DNA of 64,000 nt. Origin: Amoebidium appalachense (taxonomy: Eukaryota > Protista > Ichthyosporea). The position numbers and the translations under genes are program-made. Below are positions 28,994-45,454 of this stretch, in pieces. The stretch spans positions 310,001 to 374,000 of the forward strand of contig CAVNZM010000007.1 in NCBI GenBank assembly GCA_963693365.1, read 5' to 3'. Within the stretch, counting starts at the first letter, position 1, and every line of letters starts with the position of its first letter. The notes under the pieces are model-generated. The model saw only the letters and a list, made by a program, of their open reading frames with translations. It was not told the DNA's origin and ran no database searches.

Positions 28994-30500
28994 ATTTGCA
29001 TGTGCGTGTGTGTGTACATGTAGCTGTGCGTGTACATGTGTGTACGTGTGTGTGTGTGTCTGTGTCAACATCTCAGCAGTTTACATGTACATTCCTTCCA
29101 TCAATCCTGTGCCTGTGCTATCCTTATCCTCCTCCCTCACCTCCTCTATTTCTTTCTCATACCTAATCTAATATTTTGTATTCCCTTTCAGGCTTCAGTT
29201 GGCATCTACCGGTTAGGGCCTTCCCTCGTAAAAAGCTATCGGTCGACTGATTGGCTGCCTGCAGTTTTTTGAACAACCAGCCTGGCGACGTACTACCTGA
29301 GGTGTTTTACTGTCCTCTGCTACAGCTGAGCCGGCAATCTCCCCCCCCCCCCCCCACCCCGGGGCCCCTCGTTTGGGCGGAAACTTTTCACACAGACGTC
29401 ACACACACACAACGTGTGTGCGCCCGCGCGCCTGCATGCACGTGCACACACAAGCAAGCGTACGTGCGTGCACATACACATACACACCCACACACGCCCT
29501 GCCATCGGGACTCGATCTCCACATAACCCAAGAAGGTGGCTACTATTACCTAGAGAGCATACATAGAAGGCACTAGCTGTTTAGCACTTTGGGTTTCTGA
29601 ACCATGGCAGGAGCGCCTGTGAAAGCTACAGCTACAAGCTACATTCGGCCTGTGGCACCCCTGCGGGGGCAAAAGGGGGTAGGGGGGAGGGGGGGGGGGG
29701 GGGGGGAGGGGGGGAGGCTGTGCGCAAACCTGTATTTCCCCAATGCAGCTACAGCTTAATCAGGACTAGATTGTGGTTTACAGACTAACATTACTGCATG
29801 CATGCTGGTGCAAAAAGGGTTGACTATGGGCATTAGAGCAGGACAGAAATGATGTGATGGAACGGTTTTTCTGAACACGATTTTATTGGTTTTTGCTCAG
29901 ACGACAATGTTAAATCACATGGCTTTTAATAGAGACTCTACCCTGGAGCCAACCAGTATATATATCTACCTCTCAGACACTATACATACCGGCAGTCACT
30001 GCATTACACAATCAGTGGGATTATACAACACTTAGATATCTCCCATCGGCATAATACAACACGTATATACATATATCTCTTTTTTCATTTTAGCATTACG
30101 CAACTCCTGTTTACCTCTTTCCCCTGTGTTTCACTATACAACACACATGTCTTTATCTCTTGCTTTGCAGGCACACATTTCAAACAAAAACAAAAAACCA
30201 AAACAAAAAACCAAAAAAAAAAAAAACCAAAAAAAAAAAACAACCAACCTTTTGTCGCCCGAAAAAAGACCCAAGGAGAGAAGATAGTCCGCATGATCCC
30301 AGTTTCCACCATCTGATCGACCACTAGAGAGTCCTGAGGGGCAAGGTCACAAATGGATCACAGTGTGTCTGGTGGCTGTTATTAGCATGGGCCATGACTT
30401 GGTGCGCCCAATTGGTCCCCGTAGAGCATTGGCTGTGACGTCACTGGGTGGTACTGCCGTGGACTTGCTGGTGCCACGTGTTACTCCGAGCCCTAAGGTG

Positions 30501-30878
30501 GTTGGTTCTCAACACGTGATATTCCTCCAATTACTCAGCCAATCTCAAACCCGTGATATTCCTCCAATGCTCAGACAGTGTCGCTGGCTCTCAACACGTG
30601 ATATTCCTCCAATGCTCAGACAGTGTCGCTGGCTCTCAACACGTGATATTCCTCCAATGATCACACAGTGTCGCTGGCTCTCAACACGTGATATTCCTCC
30701 AATGCTCAGTGTCGCTGGCTCTCAACCCGTGATATTCCTCCAATGCTCATGCAGTGTCGTTGGTTCTCAACACGTGACATTCCTCCAATGCTCATGCAGC
30801 GTCGTTGGTTCTCAACACGTGATATTCCTCCAATGCTCATGCAGTGTCGTTGGTTCTCAACACGTGATATTCCCCCAT
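30501..30878. repeat. 39-bp minisatellite, ~9 units, containing CACGTG and CCAAT
   Basis: Unit TCTCAACACGTGATATTCCTCCAATGCTCA...CAGTGTCG(C/T)TGG is directly visible. Confidence 0.9.
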
Positions 30879-31610
30879 TCCATTCATGTAACAGCTTTGA
30901 TCTCGATTCCTTCTGCCACTCGGCCCACCACCAGCACTGACCCCTCTCCCACCAAAGCCGCCGTGTTGCCGTGTGCCTGCACGTGCACACCCTCACTCCC
31001 CTCCCCCTCCCTTTGCCGCCTGGTTGCTGTTTTGGCCGTCAGCTATTGGTTGCTGCCGAGTGAAGCGTCGTGGGTCAGAACTGAGAGCCTGCGGGGGTAT
31101 GGGAGTGAGTGAGGGGAAGCAAAGGGGGGGGGGGGGGGGGGGGGAGGAGGACTGAGGTTGGATAACTTGCATGCAATCTATGTGTATGCGTGGGGTGTAT
31201 TCATGTGTGTGCGCGTGCATGTGTACGTATGAACATGACGGGAGGGAGGGGAGGGTGAGGGCTTAATAAAGGCACATGGTTGGATCACTGGTGGGAAAGC
31301 TCCGGGGGGGGAGGGGGGGGGGGGGGGGGGGGTTTGCAAAGACACACTAGAGTGATTGTATTTTGCTTAGTTCTGTAATGAAAGTAACCACCTTGGGAAG
31401 GAGAAGAGGGCAAGGGGGAGGGGGGTTGTTTCTCAGCACACACCTGTTTGTTTGTGTAGTCTCGTGCCGGCCTGGGCCTTGGCCTTGGGGGCAACCGCCA
31501 AAGGCCGCCACCAACCCTCCAGGGCAACTGCTGCCACACTCCTGCCCAGCCGGCCTACGCTAGCCCGGTAAAAAAAAAAAAAAAAAAAAAAAAAAGAAAG
31601 GAAGGAAGGA

Positions 31611-31650
<40 letters not shown>

Positions 31651-32129
31651 AGGGGGAGAGAGAAAGGAAGGAGGGAGGGAGGGAAATGTGTGTGCGGGCA
31701 TGTGTGTGCGTGCATGCAGGTGTGTGTGTGCTTGTGTGTATGCATATGGGTGTGTGCGCGTGCGCGTGTGTGTCCATGTGTGCATGTGTTTTGAGGGAGA
31801 GAGGGGAATGAAGGGGGGGGGGGGGGGGGGGAAGGGGTGAGTGAGGGAGAGGGGGGGGGGGGGGGGGGAGGGGAAGGAGGGGAGGGGAAGGAGGGGAGGG
31901 GAGGGGAGGGGAGGGAGGGGGGAAGGGAGAGGGAGGGAGGGAAGAGAGAGGGAGAGGGAGAAGGAGGGAAGAGAGGAGAGGAGAGGGGGAAAAAAAAAAG
32001 GAAAAAAAAAACGGGCCGGGCTGCTTCACCTCCCACTGAGAGGGGCCAATGGCTGAGGGTCACGATCACGTGACCCAGGGGACTTCCCCGGCAGGTTTCC
32101 ACAGGCCCAGCCTGCGGGGTGGTGCAGTG

Positions 32130-32172
<43 letters not shown>

Positions 32173-32804
32173 ACGCGAGAAGGATAGAAATGGAGGGAAA
32201 TATAAAGGTTAGTATGCATGTAGGGTGAGGATTATTCAAGTGTAGTGGGGATGTGATCAATGCGACACATAACAGGCGATTTCTGTGCATGCACAAGCTC
32301 TGCATGTGAACACATGTGCAAGGACTCATCACATGTGTGCACGTGTTCTGTAGAAAGACATGCAACTGGTGGTGAAAGGATGAATTGTGTGTGTGTGGGA
32401 GGGGAGGGGATGTTGTTTACCTTAACGGAGGCAAAGGGGCAGGAATATGGCCCAGGCGGATGATATTGGCTCTCAGGTCGGACGGGACACTGCACTGGTC
32501 CTGGGGGGCAGACGGTGAGAAAGGGGGGGGGGGGGAGCGGGGAGGAATAACTGGGAACGCTTTAGTGGTGGCCTCAAGGAGCAAGGACTCATTGCAGGCC
32601 AAAGATGGGCAGAGGGAGGGAGAGAGGGAAGAGTGGGCACGAGGAATGCAGGGGGGGGGGGGGGGGAGGGGGGGGGAGGGAGAATCCCTACCGGCAGTGT
32701 GGTTGAGTTTTCGCTGCCGGCCGTCACAGCTCAAGGCGGTGGGGGGTGGGTGCTGATTGGCTAACCGTCACGTGAGTCACTCTGCTCCGGCAGCACGGTG
32801 TTAG

Positions 32805-32950
32805 CATGTGTTTCTTTAAACCCTAACATGTGGTGTGGCCATGTGTTTCTTAAAGCCCTAACATTTGGTGTGCCTATGTGCTTCTTTAAACCCTAACATA
32901 TGGTGTGGCCATGTGTTTCTTTAAGCCCCAAGATATGTGTCCACGTGTTT
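32805..32950. repeat. 35-bp tandem repeat x4 containing AAACCCTAA
   Basis: CATGTGTTTCTTTAAACCCTAACATGTGGTGTGGC and variants. Confidence 0.85.
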
Positions 32951-34271
32951 TCTCAGTGTAAATTACGACCTTTCAACCCACCGCATGCCTCAGTAGCCAA
33001 CCAGACAGCGCATGCACTTACCATATATGGTCAGGCCCACAGTGGCGTTTGATTGGCTCTTCGTCTCTGCCCTCTGAAGGCCTTTTGCCCTCCCGCCTGC
33101 TGCAACCGACAAAGACCAAAGCCCCTTCTCTCAGGTCTTTATTGTGCCCCCCCACCCCACTCAGCTCTGAAAGAAGAAAGTTGAGTATGGTTATTATATA
33201 TTCAGAGTAATTCTCAGATAACTAGTTGTTTGATGTTAACTTTCTTGTGCCCCCCCCCCCCCCCCCTCCCCCCCCCTCCCCCCCACCCACCCACCCCCCA
33301 CCCATCCCCCCCCCTCCCCCCCTCCCCCCCCCCCCCCCCCCCCCCCCCCCATCTCCCTACCTCGCCCCGGTTTCATGTATTTCCTGACCATACTCTCGGA
33401 TAAAAAAAATCTAAATGTGAATTTCCTGCTACCTTTTCGATGCATGCCCATTCCCTAATGCTTACTAGCACACTCACCAATTCAATCACAAATCCCAAAA
33501 CTACCATCAAACTCAAAGAGTTACTTACCAGGAACCTGGGCTCCGATCACATTCTTGACTGGGATTCTCAGGCAAGCACAATAAACCTCCCGTTATCCCG
33601 TACAGCTTCCTCGAGAGTGACGCCTTTCATGTTTTTGTAGGCAAATTCACCCCATGTCAAAGGCTTGTTTCAACGGTTCATCGAAAAGAAGCTGTGAATT
33701 TCCAGCGAACTTGGGCTGAAGAAAAGGCTAGCAGCTTTTGATTCGCTAATGAAATACGCAGTGCGTTTTGAGCCAATTGAAAAATACATGCGTACGTAAG
33801 GTCACACAGCGTACGAGGTTTTCACCTTTTTTTTTGCCTTGGCCAATATACAGAGTTGAGCACCTGACCACATTTTCTTATCTAAAGCGACGGACGGGTG
33901 CCGGCCCGCTGCCGGGTTGATATAGAATCTGTGTTTTGGGGAGGGGGTCTGAGAGGGGTGATACTGAACTTTGGCAATTTGGCGCAGCTAGTGTTCGTAA
34001 CCAACACTCGAAACAAGTCATACCGCATCATACACCACGATCTATCTTTGTCCTATTGCCCCACGGGACTCTCTCGTGGTTCGATCAAATGACGAAAATT
34101 GGGATCATGCGTAGAAGTATTTATTTTTACGCTTCATGTTGTTTGGTTGTCACGCAACGGAGGGTTTCGCTTGTGGTGCATCAGAAAGTCGGAATGCGGC
34201 GGCCAGTGAGTGACATGTGTGATGGCAATGAGTGAGTGGGCGAATGAGCGAGTTTGTGAGTGAATGAGTGA

Positions 34272-34382
<111 letters not shown>

Positions 34383-34761
34383 GGGAGAGAGGGAGAGAGA
34401 GAGAGAGAAAGAGGGAGAGAGGGAGAGCGCGCGCGCGCGAGAGAGAGAGGTGGGGGGGTCGGGGGCAGGGGGGGGGAGAGAGAGAGAGGGAGAGAGGGGT
34501 ATTGGAAGGGGAAGGGGGAGGGGGAGGGAGAGGGAGAGGAAGAGGGAGAGGGAGAAAAAGGGGGGTGTGGGGAAGGAGAGAGGGAGGGAAGGGCACCGAG
34601 AGGTAGAGGGAAAGGGGTAGAAGGAGGGAGAGAGAGGGAGGGGCGGAGGGGGGGAGGGGATAGGGAGAGAGCAGAGAGAGGGAGAGGGAGAAAGACAGAG
34701 GGAAAGAGAGAGAGAGAGGGAAGGGGGAGGGAGAAAGACACAGAGAGAGAGAGAGGGAGAC

Positions 34762-34841
<80 letters not shown>

Positions 34842-34977
34842 AGGGAGAGCGAGGGCGAGAGGGGGAGGGGAGGGGGAGAGAGAGGGGGGAGGGGAGAAGA
34901 AGAGAGGGGGAGGGTGGGGGAGGGGGTAAGGTGGTGGAGAGAGGGAGGGAGAGGGGGGGGGGGGGGGGAGGGAGAAC

Positions 34978-35046
<69 letters not shown>

Positions 35047-35123
35047 GAGAGAGGGGAGGGGGGGGGGGGGGGGGGGAGGGAGGGAAGGAGGGGGGGGCGG
35101 GGGGAGAGGAAGGGGGGAGGGAT

Positions 35124-35214
<91 letters not shown>

Positions 35215-36634
35215 AGGGGGGGGGGGGGGGGGTGATCGTGTTATGCCCGTAATGGTGTATGTGGCATTATGCCTAGAAGAGGCGATAGATATATATACTG
35301 GTACAGGTTGACCTGAGTTTCAATGTAGGGTTCCTTGTAAAGCTGTGCCATGCAATTAATTACGATGTACCGTCTTCTCCTGTCTTCTGAGCAAAACAAT
35401 AAAGCCGCGTTACATAAAACCCCTGTGCACTATCAACTAGCATCCATGCGGTGTTGTAAACCAGAATAACTCTAAGCTGTAACTACAGCTACCGAGAAAT
35501 GTTCAAGCCAGATAGGTTTGCGCCTGTAGTTCGAAAAAAAAGGCCAAACCTCCCCCCCCCCCCCCCCCCCTCCCCCCCCCCTCCCCCCTCCCCCCTCCCC
35601 CTCCCCCCCCCCCCCCCCCCCCCCCGCCCCACCCCGCCCCACCCCACCCCACCACACCCCACCCCAACCACACACGCACACACACCTCCCTCCCCCTCTG
35701 TGCGCTTGGATGATTCATGGCAAGACTTTGCACAAGCCCTCACATGGTTCAGTGACGTAACCACATGCTAATGCGAATCTTCTACTATACTCTCTAGGGA
35801 ACTACGGTGGGTTACGTGGAGCTAGTAATAAGGTATTAGAGTCATTACTGGACGCGTGCGCGCGCTTGTGTGTGTGTGTGTGTGTACACGTGTGTGTGTC
35901 TAGCTATGTGTATCTGTTTTAACAGTTGTGGAGGACAATTTCGGGATATCAACACATGGTGGTGGGTGGGAGATCTACCAAATCATAAACTCAAACATTA
36001 CATATGACAAGTAGCTGACCCCTGTGATCAGATAATGGATGACAGTTGCATATGCGCGCGTGTGTGTGTGTGTGTGTGCAAAGGTGCACGTGGTATCTGG
36101 TATATATTGTGTACACGTGTGTGTGGCACGTGTGTGTGCGTGCATGCATGTGTTTGTGTATGCGTGTACATGTGCGCTTAACGGATCCGTTAAAAGCTAG
36201 GGGGTTTTTATAATTATCCGCCGGGGGGGGAATGATGAGCCGGCACCTGACTGTCTAAGTTATTTATTGACTGCCACAGCAACCCTGTATGTACAGACAA
36301 GTCACTAGAACATATGTACACTATACAGTCATTCGTGTATTCTAAATTTGTATATGGCGTGGTCAAGATACTGGTGGTGGCTGGGCACCAATAGCGATAG
36401 ACATTAATACTAGGTGCCTGAATCTAGCGGTTACATGACTGAAGTGTGCACATGTGTGTGTGTGTGCGTGTGTGCGTGTGTGTGTGCACGCGCTCATGCA
36501 CGTTCTTGGCTCGGCAATAGTGCTAGGACATACATTTGTTCCTTAGCGCGTACAAAACACAAATCTCGTGCATACAAACACCTAAAAGCATAGCCACATC
36601 GATTTTAAACCCCATGCCCACCTACTCCTACCCA

Positions 36635-37437
36635 CTACTCTTCGTCTTCATAGTGGGGGTTCCAAGCAACAATTTCTCCCCCCAACCCTTCCTCCATCGT
36701 ATTAGATTTCTTTATCGGTGCAGGACTTTTAGAATATCCATAATACATATCTACGGATAAACCCCCTAACACCAAAAACACCCCCACCCACTGCATACCA
36801 GTCAAAGCATGCCCGAAAATAAACACGCTCGCTAGAATGGTGAAAAATTTTCGCGTTGTGGTAATTATGCTAACCACCAACGGACCATATGTGACGATCG
36901 TATAGAAAATGAAATTCTGTCCTAACGCAGACATAGCTCCAAAGGCCATCATATCCTGAATCACCTCCGGGTGGCGCGAACAAAAATCCATCATTTGCGG
37001 TATTTCACCAACGTAAAGAACCCCCACCAGCAAAAACACAATAGACCACACATTCATCATTAGCATCAACTGATGTGTTGTTGTTTTCATCGAATGCTTT
37101 ATATGATCTTGTGAAGCGCCCGTCAAACCATCAAAAACGAGCGACAACACCAGCAAAACCTGCCCAAAATGTGAATTTGGAGCGTGCGTTTCCGCGTAAT
37201 GTGTCTGTGTAGACCCCTTGAACATGAACACCGCTATGCCCATGCTCACCATCACCACACACACATATTGGTGCCACCTGTATCTCGTCTGGTTGACTAG
37301 AACACCAAACACCATGATGGGGATGGGCTTGCATGACTTGGCTAGCACCTGCCACAAAACAAAGACCCGTCAGAAAATATAAAAACTCGAACTATTCTCC
37401 CTCCCTCCCTCCCTCCCCCCCTCCCCACCCCCCCCCC

Positions 37438-37490
<53 letters not shown>

Positions 37491-38308
37491 ACACACACCC
37501 ACCATCCACTCCCCCACCCACCCACCCTCCGACCCACCCACACAACAACAACAACAACATTATTTTCTCCCAAACACTCCTCGGTAATTTGGTTTGCAAC
37601 CAACATCATTTTAAAAATCATGCATCCTATCCCCCCCCCCCCCCCCCCCCCCCCACCCCTCCGCCTCTGAACACCCCCCCCCCCCCCCCTCCCCCCCCCC
37701 CCCCCCCCACCCCCGGGGGACACTCGGGCCTCTACCATCCCCATCCCCTCCACCCCTTTCGTCCTCTTCCCCTATCCGCTCTGTGCACACCAACCGCCGC
37801 CTCCCCCAATGGGAAGCCCAAACTCCAACCCACACGATTCCACAGGCGGATAACGATTTTTAAACAAGAGTGTAGAAGGAGGTTGAGGTGCTTGTGTGCG
37901 TACTTGCACGTCTTCTTTCTTCTTCCTCCCCCCCCCCCCCCAGGGGAGAGGAAGGGGGGGGGGGGGTTTGTCAGAAGAAGCAGACTGGCAACTATTGGAT
38001 TAGTGAGAGATAATGGGTGCAAGGGAGTGTGTGTGTGTGTGTGTGTGTGTTGAAAGGGGGGGGAGGAAGGAGGCGGGGGAGGGGGGGGGGGGGGGGGGGG
38101 GGGGAGAGGGAGGGGAGAGGGGATTGATATGTATGTAGAACAAGGAGGGATAGCACACGGGTAACATGAGCTGAGAATTTATTTTTAGGTGCTTATGAGT
38201 TACTTTTCCACAGGGGGGCAGTAGTGCATCGTTAGAAACACTGCATGGTTTGCGCAAAGGGGCCCCCTTTCATATAAAACCCCTCCTGACCGGGAAGAGG
38301 GGCCGGGC

Positions 38309-38345
<37 letters not shown>

Positions 38346-39774
38346 GAGAGAGAGAGAGAGAGAGGGAAAGAGAGAGAGAGAGAGAGAAAGAGAAGGGGGG
38401 AGAGGGGCAGGGGGGTAAGATGGGGAGGGGAGGGAAGGGGGGAGGGGGGGGGGGGGGGGGGAGGGTTTCAGGGAGGGGACGAAGGGGGGATGAAGTTGCT
38501 TTACCCACCTGTGTGGGGTATGAGACGTACGTGAGGGATACATTACTCGTAAACATGGCCCCGATGTAGCACAGAGAGCAGAGCGCAAAGCTGCGCATGT
38601 GCCCGTGGGGCACCCCTCCTTGCTTACTCAGTGCAAGGAGAACACGTGCAAGCGCTGCATTGCAGAAACACTGTGTGTGGGTGGGTGTGGTTGGGTGTGC
38701 GGCGGGCGTGTGTGTGTGTGTGTGTGTGGGGGGGGGGGGGGGAAGGGGAGGGGGGGGGGGAAGGAGGGGGGGAGGGGGGAGGAGGGGGGGGGGGGGAGGC
38801 GGGAGGCGGGAGAGGTGGGCGGGTGGGGGAGGGGAACGGGGGGAGAGGGACGGGGGGGAGTTTGGTTTTTGTGGGAGCGTTCGTGTTTGTGTGTGTATGT
38901 GTGTGCATGTGTGTGTGTGCTTGTGTGTGTGTGTGTTTGAGTGTGAGTGTGAGTGAGTGTGTGTGTGTGTATGTGTGCATGTGTCTGCGCGTGTGTGTGT
39001 GTGTGTGTGCTTGTGTGTACGTGCGCACGGTTGTGGTGTGTATGACTGTGTTGTGACGGTGAGGGGCAGGGAGAAGGGGGGGAGAGGGGGCGGGGAGGGG
39101 GGAGGTGAGTGTGTATTTCTTGCAGGTGTGTACCGTTGTTGCACACACCCTGTACACATAGGTGGCGCGGGCCTTTAGAAAGGCAGATACACAGAAGGGG
39201 AACCGGGAGGGGAAGGGGGGAGGGGGGCGGGGGAGGCTTTGCACAGAAGTCGGGAAAAGAAGCAGGTAGAATACAACGGCCAAAATTGCATACGATGATT
39301 AAGGATCCCAACGGTGCGCCACACACACACACACACCACAATATGACACAGGAGTACACGGGCTCGTGAAACCCCCCCCCTCCCCCCCCTTCCCCCCCCC
39401 CCCTCCCCCCACCACACACACACACACCACACACCAATGGGCACAGACAGTGGGGAGCACATAACATATGGAAGAGCAGACAGGCACAGGAGGAAAAACG
39501 GTGGAACGGGTCTGCACATATGCTTCCGCATAACCCCACGTCCCCCCCCCCCCCCTCCCCCTCCCCTCCCCCCCCCCCCCCCCCCCCCCCCGCCCATGCG
39601 CACACCCACTCACCCATACTCAGCATCTGTTCCCATACCCACACAATGGCAACTACTCAATCACACACGCACACAAACACCGCACACACAAACAATGTGC
39701 ACACGTTTGCACACACTCACATACACTCGCCTGAGCACGCACACAACAAGGACACACACACGCACGCACAAGGT

Positions 39775-39805
<31 letters not shown>

Positions 39806-39818
39806 ATGCACACACACG

Positions 39819-39902
<84 letters not shown>

Positions 39903-39904
39903 TG

Positions 39905-39935
<31 letters not shown>

Positions 39936-40174
39936 CCCCCCCCCCCCCCCCCCCCCCCCAACACACACACAGACACCCACGCATATCCAACACCACCACC
40001 TACTTGGAACAGCAGCAGACCCAGTGTGAAAGTGAACATCTCCTTCTCCTCCCCATACCCTCCGCTCGTTATTCTCTCCTGCACGACCCCATAGTATAGA
40101 TATGTGACATAGATGGCCAGTGCACACAGCACCAACTGTAAAGCAGGGGCAATGGGCCCCTCGGGTAAAGCCAT
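36635..40174 (-). CDS. SLC35B1: UAA-family nucleotide-sugar (UDP-galactose)/ER transporter, SLC35B1/HUT1-like, 348 aa
   Basis: Exons 40174-40004 ([12 protein letters not shown]), 38670-38509 ([17 protein letters not shown]), 37348-36635 ([54 protein letters not shown]). All junctions are phase 0. Confidence 0.93.
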
Positions 40175-41229
40175 GTTAAGAGAGCGGATGTTGTGTTATA
40201 ATGGTGGTGTTTTTCGTGTAATATTAGCCTATTTCACCTTCATACAGGCTATCTATATCCCACAAAGTTTTCTACTATGACGTGTACATAGGCCAGGCCT
40301 TTTGGCAAGAAAACTTTAAGGCACACCGGCCGCTTTGCTAGAGTCGACTGAGGAACGGTCTCATGTTTTTTCGCTTTTACACACACTGTTTTGTGCGCAG
40401 TTTCGCGCCGGGCGTTTTCCGATTGGTTGAGAAGGAACCATGACGACCAATAGGAACCCGATTTGGTTGTTTTGAAAAGTCCCCCGTAACCCCCCAAAGG
40501 GGGCGTGTGTACATTTCCGATTTTTCAGCGTACACTTAAAACAGCTCTAAGCTCTTCGCAGCTGTCTACAATAATAATTATAGACTCTGATAAGGACTCA
40601 GCAAGTTGCAACGAACACTTCGAAGTCTTTGAAAACCATCAAATATTGCACAAATAGGTTTTATTTCGTTTATGGGTATTACATGCAATTAGAGCCTACA
40701 TATATCCCCTAAATCCCTGCGAGGATGCTACTACGGTCCGGACTCCGGACTCGGAGTCGGAGTCTCTGGACTGGAGAAGTCCCGGAGTCTGTGTCACTCC
40801 AGTCTGCCAATTCCAAAAAAAAGAAGGGGGGTAAAGGCCCCAGGGCGAGCTCGCTTAGGGTCTTCGGGGATACACAACGTCGAACGACACTCCCGTTTGC
40901 CGTGTGCACTGCGCTGCAGCACTCAGTGCAACTTGATATTTTAAAGTTCGTAATATATTCAATATCTACATCAGCATAGTCACACAACAACAGAACCGAA
41001 CATACATGCCAGAAAGTATCTAAAACCTAGACAAAAATTATAATAAAAAACATACGATGAAAATGCCTCGCACAACAAGCCGTTCTCCCACCGTCAAAAG
41101 CTGCTACCATCAAGCCACAATCAGAAGCCATGGCTGAACTAAAACATGCCACCGGCAAACCTGATATACGCTACTTCACAACAGATATGCAGGACCTCCC
41201 ACGACAATCCTGATATATACCCAAAGCCC

Positions 41230-42561
41230 CTAGTGCCACAGGTAGGACGCCAGACTCAGGTGCCCTGCAGCCCATCCTCCAAACAATTTAGTTGCCTGCC
41301 TAAATCCAGCAGCCCCCGCACAGACCATCACAGGGATGAGGTGTTCCTCCCTGGGGTGTGCCTTTCTTGCATTTGGTGCTGCTGTCCACTTTTGCAACAA
41401 CTCCCTCCTGTCCTCCACAGACCTACCCCCCACAAGTGTATCATCCAACCAATCCTGCCACGCCTGTGCCCATGATGGCACCTTAGTGGAACCAAAACCA
41501 ATCCCGAGATTGTGTGTGGCCTCCCCCGAACCAACAATAAGCACACCCTCGTTGGCAAGGGGTGCAATGGCTTCACCAAGGCGGAAGTGGAAGGAGGGAT
41601 CTAGTGCGCGGTTGAGTGAGAGCTGCACGACGGGTATGTCTGCCTGGGGGTAGAGGGCATACAGGGGGTTGAAGGCACCGTGGTCGAGGCCCCGTGTGGT
41701 GTCCAGCTCACAGTCGATGTTGGCAGCCTGGGGGGGGGGGGTGGGGTGGGGGGGGGGGGGGGGGGGGGGGGGGGTGACAAAGATCAGGAGAAGTTGGGGT
41801 ACCGACTGTGGGTTAGGGTGCCTCTAGTCAGACGTTACTTTTGCAGTGCTCATGGCTAATCTTAGAAAAGGGTACAAGCGCGAAGTGTATTTTTCTGGAC
41901 ATAACACACCGTCTCCAAACATGAGAAGTGCATGCAATTCTGCCACTCGGCCCCACGCACGCGCCACGCAACCACGCGCAGCCACAGATCCCTCCCCTAA
42001 CCCAAACGAATTTCCACACACGCCTACACGGATAAACCTTGTCTAATACAGAGGAAAACACGGACACAGATGCACACACACACAGACCCTTCCCCCCCTC
42101 CCCCCCCTCCCCCCCCCCCCCCCCCCCCCAACACACACACACACATACATACACATGCACACACGCACACACGCACACATACACACACACGCGCGCGCAC
42201 ACACACACACGCACACCTTGAGCAGCTGCTGTGCCCGTGCCGCCAGTGTCGGGTCGCCCTTGGCGGGGTACTGCACTTTGTATGCCTCGTCAGGGAACCC
42301 GTAGTAGTCATAGTACATTTTGTTTGTGCCGTTGATGGACATAACCTGCACGCCGCTTCCAGAAGCCTCCCAGTGTGCCGAAACCATCAAAACGGCTTTT
42401 GGTTTTCCGGGTAGTGCCTTCGTGATGTCTCTCACATTCTTTGCTGCCTTAGAGTTCTTGTCCATCGCTTTGAACGGAGATCCTTCCGGCTCCTCCATGA
42501 AGAAACAGGGTCCACCTCCGTGGCTTACAAAGACAACAGGGAACTTCTGTGGTTGGCTCAT
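41230..42561 (-). CDS. LigB-family extradiol ring-cleavage dioxygenase (4,5-DOPA dioxygenase/YgiD-like), 280 aa
   Basis: Exons 42561-42217 and 41727-41230; motifs SHGGGP, SAHWE, YYDYYGFP, RGLDHG, IVGSGEATHNL, HPREEHLIP. Confidence 0.93.
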
Positions 42562-43099
42562 GTTTTCTTCTTGTGCTGGGCACGTGTCTCCGTTGCAATC
42601 ACTACCGAGGGTTACAGAGCACAGCGCGGTGGTGGTGTGGGTGAGGAGAGTGAAGAGACGAACGAACATAGTATTGAAGCAAGGAACATGTATGTGTGTT
42701 TTGACTGTGTGAAAAGCAGTCTGTGCTTTTAATAGGTAGGAGTCTACATAAAGAGTCGACCTAAGGAGAGGAGTGTTAGCTCTTGTATTTATGTACAGCA
42801 GATAAGGAGTTTTGTGGCACCCGACGGGAGGGAGGGAGACAAATGTTTCGTTTCAGTTTCAGTTCGAGTGACTCCAACGAGAAGTGATTGGCTCAGTGGA
42901 AACCGCAACATGGCGCGTATGTCAAATTACGGATTCAAATTGCTGTGTTTTTGATTCCAAGGAAAAAGAAAGACCCCAGGCAGTGCTCTTATAAGTTGTT
43001 TAGTACCCCACATTAATATTTTTGCGTGTTCTTCGAGAAGTAGTCATGGAATGCCAGGAGTTGGATTGCGCAAACACTCCGCCACATGTCTGGCGCTGG

Positions 43100-45454
<2,355 letters not shown>

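Larger units (their letters stand above)
30250..33715 (-). pseudogene. Candidate decayed or mis-assembled multi-exon gene of unknown function
   Basis: Chain of exon-like blocks bounded by AG/GT on the minus strand: 33715-33529, 33166-33022, 32781-32421, 32130-32030, 31554-31444, 31088-~30250. Three consecutive blocks are phase-compatible; others carry stops or frameshifts. Confidence 0.3.

Noticed and set aside
29161-29301. Strong-looking plus-strand acceptor at 29191
   Set aside because: All three frames hit stops within ~80 nt and no partner exons were found.
35778-35825. Mini-Helitron-like TC...hairpin-CTAG between A and T
   Set aside because: Only 48 bp, the hairpin is weak and too close to CTAG, and it is single-copy in the window.
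36178-36193. Perfect 16-bp palindrome TTAACGGATCCGTTAA
   Set aside because: Isolated, with no partner end or TSD, so no function can be assigned.
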